In this document: positions 41,123-52,613 of the stretch, piece after piece
Position numbering within the stretch: position 1 is the first letter of the stretch
Layout of the letters: each line of letters begins with the position of its first letter
Assembly (NCBI RefSeq): GCF_964355755.1
Contig: NC_092670.1
Coordinates: forward strand, 10,216,795 to 10,280,794
Direction of reading: 5' to 3'
Length of the DNA stretch: 64,000 nucleotides
From: Antedon mediterranea
Taxonomy: Eukaryota; Animalia; Echinodermata
Notes under the pieces: model-generated
Databases searched by the model: none
Told to the model about the DNA's origin: nothing
Seen by the model: only the letters and a program-made list of their open reading frames with translations
Position numbers and translations under genes: made by a program

Positions 41123-41469
41123 TGTAACCTCCCCAGATAAGATCAATCACTTCCACCTAAACACCCCTGGATCAACTTAGGACCAATCATTAGCTCCATA
41201 AATGATGTAATTGACATACTGTATGCAAATGAACCGAAGCCAATATACCCCCACGAGCCCAGACACACCTTACAGCCACTTCACGGAGCACACACCTCAC
41301 AGCCACTTTCTCAGAAGCAGACCTACACACCTCACATCTCACCAACAGCATCACCTAAACCTCTGTTCCTTATCCTTATACTTATAGTTGTATATTATAT
41401 TGTATCAAGTATTATTGAATAAACAATATATGTGTTAATGCAGTCAAGCGAGTAAGAGTCTTCATTACA
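41123..41469 (+). mobile_element. Possible solitary LTR
   Basis: TGTAA...TTACA termini and AATAAA near 41418; no TSD found. Confidence 0.45.
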
Positions 41470-43150
41470 AGTCAGAAACCTCATAACACTATATTACACT
41501 ACGTGATCATTTTCATTAAACCAAATTTTGTTGCACAACTACATATGTACATGCATCTGCTGTCCAAGTTACAACATTACTGCTATCGCCGTTTTTGAGA
41601 TCTGAGACCAACAAAAAATGAGCAGAAAAAATGAAATTTTTGACAATAACAATAGGCTATCACTCTACAGAGAGCGATAGCGTAATAAATACAAATACTA
41701 CTTACTTCTTGATCGGCATACATCAGTATCTGCTATTGTTTGACTGGCAGCCAACACAACTAACATACAGCCAATTACTATCTTTGAATTCATTTTGTAT
41801 CAAACTTAACTTTCTAATAGAAATATTTTTTATCCTGCTATGTCTCCTTTATATATGCTCCAAGCTCAATAATAAATCCGATTAAACATTGTATTTTACC
41901 AAGGGAAGGTGTACAATTAATCCTGCCTTAAAGGAGATTAAACCTTTGGTAGCAATTATTCCTGTTATTATAATTCTTGGGAGGGGTCTGGATTTCCCAT
42001 ATTTCCCTAAGTAGATTAAACATCACATTTGGAAGCAATTATTCCTGTTTTATAATTCTTGAATTAATAATTCTTTAAATACTTCAGTCTCATTTCTCAT
42101 TATCTTTTGGATAATGTATTTGGTTATTTCATCAATTATCTTCCTATCTTTTTTTTTTTACCATTTCTTAATTACCATTTTTTACCCATAAAAAAAAGTG
42201 AATTGTGTTCCTGATGATGGTAAACATCACTTTAAAAAAAATTAATGATAACATTATGATACTTTCTTAAGCTCTGTCTACCATCAAACTGTATGTGATG
42301 TGCCCATATGTAAATCATTACCATTTTGGGCATAATTATCACTACCATATTTGGGCAGAGCACACTTTTTTTGGTCAAACTAGTTTGATAGTGTATTGTC
42401 TCCCAAAATCATGACAAATAAAGATTTATAAAAACAAACTTTGAATATGCCATTTTGCAGTTTGAATGACGTTGTACACTTCCACAAAGACAGAAAAATA
42501 ATTATTTTTGCTTTCAATTACAGTTTTTCATGTAAATTTAATTTTTTTTAAATACGGTAAACAAACATTCTACAAAAGTTTGTCCACTTATTTTTAAAAG
42601 GACATCCATGACTTAAATAGTCTTCTCGTGGAAGACAGCTAGCCATCACAATTGGAATCCATTGAAAGATACGATCTTGGTAGAGCAAATACAATAGCAT
42701 CTTTTCACCATTTTCTTAACTTACACTTGCGTAGCCTGTCACTTTTGACGTGCTTGTATAACGTGGTTTTAAGTTGAAAATAAAATATGATGAAATTATT
42801 AAAGAAAGGTTGTAAAACAGAAATCGGGCAAAAAGAGTGCGTATTAATGCTTAACGCGCAGTGCGCGTGTAAAAATCTGAACACTCATAGCAATTCTTTA
42901 ACCGCTTAAAATTGCCTGAAACTTATTCTAATTACATCAAAAATAAATTTTAAGCACGCATACGCATGCGTTATATGCGCTACAATTGTCTCAATACACT
43001 TAATAACGTTCTAGAGCGTTTAGCTGGCTTTAACCATGTGGTTTTCTACCTCGAGCATAACCTTATTGGCTATATGGCAGTATTCAAGTAATTAAAATGT
43101 TGAATAGCATTTAATCCGATTTACATTTAGGTAAAACTTAGGGTTCAAAG

Positions 43151-44991
43151 CAGTGGTGGCGCCAGCGGGGAGGCTACGGGGGCTCTAGCCCCCTCGTCGG
43201 GGAGCCTAGCCCCCCCGTCGGGGAACACGGGTACTTTTTGTCGGGGAATATAATTAATATACAGTAAAAAGCGTTCGCGTTCACTTCGTTGCTAGCTTCA
43301 GCGCCTAGAAAACCGCGACGTTTCATTGACCGTGAGAGTACGTCAGAGTGATATTATGCACTTTATATGCATTCATTATTGCCAGCGATCTAACTTACTA
43401 CTAAACAATAGCTAGGTACGCACTTGTCTGGCGGTATCCCTTTGTACGAATTGTTCAACGTTGGGTCGAGACGCGTGATATCATGTTCCATCCAGGGACC
43501 AAAATGTGTACTGTAGTTATTTTCCAGGCGAAGTTTACAGACGGTTAAAGCTACGTTCACACCAAGCTTGATGTGAACGTAGCTTAAGCCGATTTTCCAC
43601 TAGGCGAATTTGTTCGCGCGAATCGAAGGCGTCAGCTAATACGCATGCGTAGAGAAGGATTTGGAAGACGTAAACATGAATACACATGCGTACAAGCTGG
43701 CGCGTTCGATTCGCGCGAACAAATTCGCCTAGTGGAAAATCGGCTTAAAGCTGATTTTCCACTAGGCGAATTTGTTCGCGCAAATCAAAAGCGTCATGCT
43801 CTGCGCATGCGTATTCGAGTTTCTGTCTGTCATACTCCCTTCTGCGACGAATTCTAGTTCCTTGATTTTTCGCTGCAGCGAAATTTACTAGTTCGAATTG
43901 TTTCTACTTTTTGCGAAGCGAAATATTGCGCAACCAATCAGAGTTCAGGAAATGAGCTATGATGCTTTCATGAGCACTCATGTGAATCGAAATGCTCAGC
44001 AACCACGCGAGGAACATGAACGTCGCAACTATTCGCTTATGTAGTGGAAAGAGAGTAGGCAATTTTTTTCTCTTCGAAACGTTTGATTCGCGCGAACAAA
44101 TTCGCCTAGTGGAAAATCGGCTTTACGTCGTGTACTGCGTCGACGTACGCTACACTACAGCAAAAACGAATTATGTTAATTGTTCGTATGTTCAACAATT
44201 TTTTAATTTACAAGTAACCTTCTGTATCGTGGGGCACCTAAAATAAATTTTTCATCCATTACTAAACAAAAAAACATGCCATTTTCGCTTAGCCATTATT
44301 ATAGCTAAGTTATTACATTTTCAATATCCTGTATGTCATGAATTTCTCACCACTCGGAAGTCCAGATGGTACGCACGCATACACTTGGGAGGAATAAACT
44401 TATTTCCCCGACTGAAAAAGGTCTACGCTTGCGTTTTTTAAGCCTCTAGGCCTGATGTTTCCAAAGTATAAAATGCAATTTTTTGAAGACCTGCAGCTCT
44501 AGTTTTAAACATTTTCTTAGCTCAGCCCCAACAATAAAGCTGGTCATATTTCGAAGAACAAGAAGTGCATTTTCCGGGACCTAACATCTCTATTTTTCAA
44601 ACATTTCTTAGCTCAGTCACAACCATGATAGGGACTTATATATTTTGTTTCATGTTTTGAAGTATAATAAGTCCAATTTCCGGGACCTCCAACTCTATTT
44701 TTCTAAATTTTCTTTGAACTTTTATTTTTTAAATTGAAAAATATGGATTGAAACAGTCATCGCGCATCGTTTTTTTGCACGCAGCATTTTATTTATGCAT
44801 TATAAAAAATGGAAAAAATGGCTACCCTAAATCTGATTAAAATGACCTCAAATGACGCTAGAACGCGTTGCTTACGGGGGCTTCGCCCCCTGGACCCCCA
44901 CCGGAGGCCCTTGGCGACCCCATGGCCCCCAGCCTAGTGATAGCCCCCTCGTCGGGGAATGTAGCCCCCGCGTATCCTGGCGCCACCACTG
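43151..44991. mobile_element. Non-autonomous hAT element with nested MITEs
   Basis: Perfect 15-bp TIR CAGTGGTGGCGCCAG; 8-bp TSD GTTCAAAG on both sides; empty-site homologs (reverse strand) at about 28765-28800 and 51048-51085. Confidence 0.92.
43549..44122. mobile_element. Three abutting PIF/Harbinger-like MITEs (43549-43584, 43587-43745, 43749-44122)
   Basis: TIRs AGCTACGTTCACA and AGC(C/T)GATTTTCCACTAGGCGAATTTGTTCGCGC, each flanked by TAA/TTA. Confidence 0.78.
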
Positions 44992-45039
44992 GTTCAAAGC
45001 ATCATACAATAAGAAGATCGTTACGAATGTTATGAGGTA

Positions 45040-47500
45040 TCTATATATAAATTCACGTAAGGGCAAAATTCGGTAAATTGCGCCTTACTTCTAGAATGTT
45101 TACTCGATGGTATATAAAGTTGGTTCGTACTTTCGATACTGATTTTAACCACCTGATGTAAGCCTGTTTACTAATTAAATGGAGTTCGATAATTAGTTAT
45201 TGACGATTAAAACGAATTTAGGTTCAACGATTTGCCCCAAATAGGGGTGTTTTCCGATCGTGGTATACACTGTCCAATGCATGTCTATCTTGAAAAATAC
45301 CCGCATACAATAATACGAGGATGCTTCGCATTTTCCTATCTCCTCCTACGATAATTGTTTTTAATGGATGAAAACCGGTTGAACAGTTCGAGTACATCAT
45401 CATAATGTTGAAGACAGACCTATTTTCTTAAAAACATACTATTTTGATAGATTTAATATACATTTATACAAATGTATTGATTTCCGATGAATGGAACATT
45501 CCAATAATAACTCTTTGCTTTAACACAAGTACCACCAGCTGTAGGTAAATTTATTGGTCCTTGGGGAATTAACCTAAAACCTATATAGATAAGTATTGCA
45601 ATACTGGACATTACTGTAAATACGTATTAACATTTGTGGTCGCCATTGAATTTACTGTGAGTGTGGGTACTGTTAGATGTATAACACAATCATGTACAAA
45701 TAAACGTATTACTGTGAGTGTAGGCCCTACTGTTATATAGAACGTACAATATACAAATAAACTGTAGTACTGACAGTTGCTTCTCAACGTTTGTATTAAT
45801 TAATAATTACAAAGAATATAAACGTTGTAGTGGTACGTGTATCGTTACATGTACTATGCTATTTCAATCGACTATAACAGTGACAGTTTTAACAAAGTAT
45901 TAAGTCGGAAATGTGTTACTGTATCAAGTGGTATATTATTTATAGGCCTGTGAGTAGGCCCTACTGTTATATAAAACGTACAATATACAAATAAACTGTA
46001 CTACTGACAGTTGCTTCTCAACGTTTGTATTAATTAATAATTACAAAAAATATAAACGTAGTGGTACGTGTATCGTTACATGTACATGCTATTTCAATGG
46101 ACTATAACAGTGACAGTTTTAATAAAGTATTAAATCGCAAATGTGTTACTGTATCAAGTGGTATATTATTTATAGGCCTATCAAAGTGAAAAAAATATTT
46201 CGTTACTGAGTAGATAAATAATATATTAAAACATTGTTCTTCTTTGTACCCATATCCTCTTCCCCATCCCTCAAAACTAATGTTACACACAAAACACAAA
46301 TTGGGTTTGTTTAAATGAGTCCAAATAACAAATTTGGACTCATTTTGTGACAAGTTTTTCTTTCGGAAGTAATTCCCAGTGTGCTAATTTCAGTTTAATA
46401 CATAAATCATCGTGTCTATTTATTCGTTTCTGTAAACAATAATAACTATTATCGTCCTGCAGTACGTACATTAAAATTTATTGGCCCTTGGGGAATTAAC
46501 CTAAAACCTATATATAGATAAGTATTGCAATACTTGGACATTACTGTAAATACGTATTAACATTTGTGGTTGCCATTGAATTTACTGTGAGTGTGGGTAC
46601 TGTTAGATGTATAACACAATCATGTACAAATAAACGTATTACTGTGAGTGTAGGCCCTACTGTTATATAGAACGTACAATATACAAATAAACTGTAGTAC
46701 TGACAGTTGCTTCTCAACCTTTGTATTAATTAATAATTACAAAGAATATAAACGTTGTAGTGGTACGTGTATCGTTACATGTACTATGCTATTTCAATCG
46801 ACTATGACAGTGACAGTTTTAACAAAGTATTAAGTCGCAAATGTGTTACTGTATCAAGTGGTATATTATTTATAGGCCTGTGAGTAGGCCCTACTGTTAT
46901 ATAAAACGTACAATATACAAATAAACTGTACTACTGACAGTTGCTTCTCAACGTTTGTATTAATTAATAATTACAAAGAATATAAACGTAGTGGTACGTG
47001 TATCGTTACATGTACATGCTATTTCAATGGACTATAACAGTGACAGTTTTAACAAAGTATTAAATCGCAAATGTGTTACTGTATCAAGTGGTATATTATT
47101 TATAGGCCTATCAAAGTGAAAAACATATTTCGTTACTGAGTAGATAAATAATATATTAAAACATTGTTCTTCTTTGTACCCATATCCTCTTCCCCATCCC
47201 TCAAAACTAATGTTACACACAAAACACAAATTGGGTTTGTTTAAATGAGTCCAAATAACACATTTGGACTAATTTTGTGACAAGTTTCTCTTTCGGAAGT
47301 AATTCCCAGTGTGCTAATTTCAGTTTAATAAATAAATCATCGTGTCTATTTATTCGTTTCTGTAAACAATAATAACTATTATCGTCCTGCAGTACGTACA
47401 TTAAAAAAAGCATTTTTTTTACGCTGAAATTACTGTGTATTCGAGAACCATCTGTGGGCACGACCTAGATGGTACGCGAGCGAAGCGAGCGTACCATCTT
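45040..47500 (+). mobile_element. Non-autonomous Helitron (same family as 17085) with an internal tandem duplication of about 930 bp
   Basis: Same 5' TCTATATATAAATTCACGTAAGGGC and 3' hairpin (terminal CTAG degenerate). About 45547-46474 is repeated at 46475-47403. Confidence 0.85.
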
Positions 47501-47554
47501 TAATTTAAATGTACAATTACTGTATACATAAATGAAGTATAATGATCCCTACAT

Positions 47555-48802
47555 TGTTATTTAGGATGTGGATAAAGATAATTATGTTATTATCTAAGTG
47601 CTATTAATTTTATGATGCCGTTCATTTGTGTTGATTATTATATTACTAAAAATATTACTCTAATTGAGCTCGGGTGAGGTCTCTATTCCTATCATTACAT
47701 CTACAGCTTTATCAGTATTATGAAAACCATTTTTGCCGGCATCCAGTTCTCTTACTAAATGTGGTACTTGGGCCGGTATTATTTCTTGCTCTCATTAATG
47801 CCGGCCCGATTGAAGATTCAAATAATTTGTCGACCCACTCTTGGTGAAGTTGTTCCCAGAAACTCATTACCTATTACGTAGTCCCTTCTGGAAAATTTGA
47901 ATGAATGGTGTTTATTTAAAAATGGCAAAAGATATACCAAATCCTTTAAAAATTATAGACCAATTTCCTTCCTTTACTAAATTATGCATTCCCAACTTTA
48001 TGATTATTTGACAGCTAAGTTAAATATTCTGAATTAATATCATCAATATGATTTGCAAAGGTCACTCAACTGCTCATGCTGTCTTCTTAATAATACTTTT
48101 ATTGAACATAGAGCAATATTAGCGTGAAAGCTCATATATATTGGTGTATAAATCAAATAATTATTTGATTGAGAAATTTGTTTGATGTAATTAACCATTC
48201 TATTTTAAATAAGAAAATGCGAAAATTATGGTATTAAAGGCACTCCTTTAAGCATTTGCTTCTTGAGTTAGTTGGATGGCAGAAACAATTTGTCTCTATC
48301 CAATCATTTAAATCATCGACCGAGGATATCACTTGTGGGTGTCTCCTCCCCCCAATTTTATTTTTACGTTAATGACCTGACTAATGTCAGTGAGAAGTTT
48401 AAGTGATATCCTTCGCCGACGATACTACTATTTTATTTATCTTCTTGTTGACATTTTATTTAATACTTTTAATTATGAATTGTCTAAATGTAATGACTGG
48501 TTTCTTTAAATTCTAAATTCTTATAAGATTTAGAAGCTCATGATGCTCTTGATTGACTAATAGAAATTCCTATGAACTTACACCAATATCAAAGAGAAGC
48601 TTAGAAACTGAACGTTGATGAAGTCAATGATGATTTAAGCATTTCTGACAAACAGATTGCATTAGACCAAAATTGGTATCCACTTTTCATCATGCCTCCC
48701 CTCAAATGGTGGCAACTGTCAAGATCTTAGTTAGGCCAGATCCTTTTTATAATTTTTATCAACGACTAAAGGCCAACTCAAACAGCTGAATCCCGACGAG
48801 AC
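47555..48802 (+). repeat. Degenerate CR1/L2 RT fragment with flanks; inverted copy at about 25265-26810
   Basis: NYGIKGTPL..GRKQFVSI-like and FADDTT remnants; long reverse-complement match to 25265-25510 and 26110-26810. Confidence 0.75.
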
Positions 48803-49428
48803 TTGAGATAGCGTCAGGCGCAGTATTTAGGTCGTCGCGATAACTTTAAACTTGCTTTATTTCTCCCACGTGGCCAAGTTATCATAAATTTCGTTAGGAG
48901 AGTAAACAGCACATGTTGAAAGCAGTTATTTTTGTGTTTGAATTGTCGGGGAGTTGCATAGGATTTTATTTCCTTCGTTATGTGATAATGAATCCAATAA
49001 TGTAGAAAAGTTGATTTTGAAGGAATTAATTATTTTGTACGAATTTCTAATTTTTTTCTCGACGGAAAGGGGATTCCCCTCACATACTGCTTGTGACGTC
49101 ACACACTGCAATTCTTACCTCTTTATAATAGAGGGCGCTGTTGGCCTTAACCAAACCACCTGTTTGTTAAACAGATGTTGCCATGACGTATGCTATTGGG
49201 TATGTATTTTAAGACAACAAACATCACAAATGAAAGAACAATAATAATATTACAATATTTTAAGTTCTTAACTTAACTAATTCTTCTGGTAAAAACCTAA
49301 AGTTACTAAATCATTTAAAATGTTGTGTTAAGAAAAGAATCTCTTGCACTATTTGCTGTGTCAGTAGGTAAAGTAATTTCCAGTATAGATTATCTCTGAA
49401 TATTTTATACAATTACTATTGTACATAG

Positions 49429-49705
49429 TTAAAGTTCTCCCTTTGGTGCTCTTTTAACCATCATCTGTGTAATCTTATGGCTGTATTTAGTTCTTTTGAA
49501 ATGATGCCACAATATATACCTTTGTCATAATTGGCAGCTACAATTGTACCTGGTGTAAGGTAAGGGCCATTCAGGGATAAGTGGTAACAATTTTTAAACC
49601 ACCAACCAGCTTGGGAGTTTTTGGCACAGTTCTTACTAGACGTTCCATCATTGTCTCTGTCTTATGTTGAAAACGGTCTGTCCTTATGGTATGCCATAGA
49701 GTCAC
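49429..49705 (-). pseudogene. FReD paralog 3, exon 4 pseudo-exon
   Basis: ggtag|GT GAC TCT ATG: GDSMAYHKDRPFST*DRDNDGTSSKNCAKNSQAGWWFKNCYHLSLNGPYLTPGT. In-frame TAA at 49662-49664 and a frameshift near 49510 before WHHF..MMVKRAPKGEL*. Confidence 0.9.
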
Positions 49706-51488
49706 CTACCAAAAGAAAGATCAAGTTTGAGACATTTTTTAAGTTTAGGTTTTGTTTCGAACTTGGGTTTTTAGGTGTTGTTTCACACTCAGGTTTTTTA
49801 GACTCTGGTTTGAGTTTTTTTTCACACTCTCGTTGCAGCACACCCAGGTTTGAGTGAACGCTTAGTTTAAATTAATATTTTAGTATTTTTATTTAATTTT
49901 TTTCTTTTTATTTCCCTCAAAGCTTTTCCAATTCTTACCACTGAATACATCCCTGATAAAATTAATTTGTAATGCCTTCACCTGCATTTCCTGTGTACCC
50001 ACTAATTCTGAGACCTTGCTTGTCTTGTTTGTTTCCATTTTGTGTTTAGTAGGACCGGTCACACGTACACACGATACAATTAATATCATTTGCGTTCATT
50101 TCATAGTGGGCTTTGTAGCTTCAATATTTAGTTCGTTCCGCCATTCTAGTAATGCATGCCATCAGATCTTGTGCAATGTGTTTAAAAGTGAGTTTTTTAG
50201 TTAGAACTGAACATTTAAAGTCGTTTTTGTACCTGATTTTTTATTTCCATTTTCTATAGGATAATAAATAAGCTCTTTCGCAATTTATATTTTTTTACAT
50301 AACTACGATAAAGAACTTTCAAGGTCACTTCATTTTTAAAATTGAAAGAATGGATTTGCAGGCAGTATTTTATTTACATGTACCATGAAAAAAATTCCTC
50401 CCCTAAATTTAGCCTCAAATTATGCTAGAACGCTGCTGCGTCCGGGGACTTTAGTCCTGACTTTAAATCCTGTCACCACCAGTGCTTGGGTACAGTACAT
50501 GTCTCAAGTTCTTTCCCAGCAGTCAATGTCCTTATCATTTAACCAGTCGTATTTCTAACATTATTTTTATTATCCTTTAAATGTGATAATTGCAAAGCAA
50601 ACCCTACAGTATGTGGGTATTCATTGATTATTTTCACTACAAGGTACAAAGGGTGTATAAGGCCTTAAAAAAGTAAATTCTTTGTTTACTTGAAATATGT
50701 TTTTAGTGTAAAAATGGATTGAAGATATACTAACCGAGTTAGTTAGTATTAGGCTAGGCTCAGCCTAGGCGTTTTAGCCTTGCTAGGCCTAGGATTGTTT
50801 GGTCGTTTGTTGACATAATTAACACTAAAATAGGTGTGTTTATAAAATCCATATAAATATAACATTTAATATAATATTATTAAAAAACAAATGAAATGTT
50901 GGCCTTGGCTAGGACTACTATTTATTTGATTCAAATGACAGGAAGCTATTTAGATGTAAAACAAATAATGAATGTTTTATATTCGTGTAATGGTACAAAT
51001 AATGGCATTTGATGAATGATAAAATGTTAAATATCAACTCGGCTTATTGCATGATGCTTTAAAACCTAAGTTTTACCTAAATGTAAATTGGATTAAATTT
51101 AACTATTCAACATTTTAATTACTTGAATTCTGCCATATAGCCAATAATTGCTCTAGGCAGTAAAATAGCTCGCATTTAAATTTCTAAATGCTCCAGCATG
51201 TCAGTTAATACATTTTATATTAAGTGTGTTGAGACGATTATTTACATGTGGAAAATATTTGTCAAAGCAAATGGCTGGCCGGAGAAATTAACTTTGTTTT
51301 ACAAGGGTAGCTCTAACAGCTGTACTTGCTGCAGTACAGGTGTCTTACAGAGGCCCTCTTAAAAACAATACAAAATGCCTACTACATTCAAGCATCAAAT
51401 TACAAGCAGATTCATAAAAGTTAAAATTCACACAAAAACAATTTAGAAAAGTTTAAATTCATTGAAGTATAACAATTTAAAATATAAA

Positions 51489-52535
51489 ACTAGATTTAAT
51501 TTGTCACTATGACGAATTATAGGTTATATGCATTGATTTAAATAAAGATAATTGATTTTTAAAAGATATATTAATTGATTGATTTTGTCAAAACCATATA
51601 CCATAAGCCATATAGTATACACTTGAATAAAACAATCCGATCAAAGATCCCTCCGCTTATGTCATAAACCACCCTTACAGTACATAATAATAAACACATT
51701 ACTTTTTCACTAGATTTCATTATAAATCATGCTTATTATAATTTATACACTGAATAAACAATACAAATATAAAAAAAAAATTGTCTTTCATTTCGTTTCC
51801 CAACGTGAGACTTGATCTCGGGACCTCGACTGCTATAGACGGGATCACATGAGACCACCGAGCCATGTACACCTGAATAAAAGTTGAAGGAAGATTCCTC
51901 CGTGTATTTAGTATGCAGTAACTACTTAGGCGCAGATAGATTATGACATACCGCAATGAATCATAAGTTTTTACAATGATGGCATCTTTAAAAATAAAAA
52001 AAAAATGCACTGTCAAAGTATATATTTCCAACGTTAATATATGAAAATTTTTAAGAAAAATGTTAATGTTAAGTTTGTTATTTCGGTCGAAGAAAATGTC
52101 ATAGTTTGTTTGATTGTCAAAATTTTTATTTTTTAATTTAATATGCAATTAATGATGATGTAATCAACTTTTTTTCTCTTATTCTCTTATTTTCATAAAT
52201 CATACATGTGATAAATACACTTTAAGAAAATGAATTGCAAAATAGGGGTTCCCGAGCATTTTGACGATCTATTTAGCATATTTTCACCATTTTTTTTACA
52301 CCTGTCACTTTCGACATGCTCGTATAACATGGTTTCAAGTTTTTTGATTGCGCATCGTAAAAAGATAATCACATCGATTCCTGACCATAAGGAATATTCT
52401 CTGAAAAAATGACGTACCTAGATGAAATTGATCCCAAGATAATTGATGAACAAAATAGTGCTAAGGAAAGAATAAATAAATACAGATTCTGACAGAATCA
52501 ATAAGGTTATATGCATGAAAATGCATATAACCTAG
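51489..52535 (-). mobile_element. Helentron-associated element (HINE/DINE-1-like) with an internal tRNA-like segment; partial second copy at about 56265-56925
   Basis: Subterminal repeat AGGTTATATGCAT at both ends plus adjacent inverted copy (52504-52533); short hairpin next to the ACTAG terminus; inserted in an A/T run (empty site 29241-29270). Confidence 0.78.
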
Positions 52536-52613
52536 AAATATGAAATTCTTCATAAAAATAAAATTTTGCATAAATGAGTCAATTTTGGTGAATTTCCAAA
52601 CAATTAAAATGAT

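Noticed and set aside
42590-42720. Possible first exon of paralog 2 on the minus strand
   Set aside because: Short open frames but no PAN cysteine pattern, signal peptide or convincing donor.
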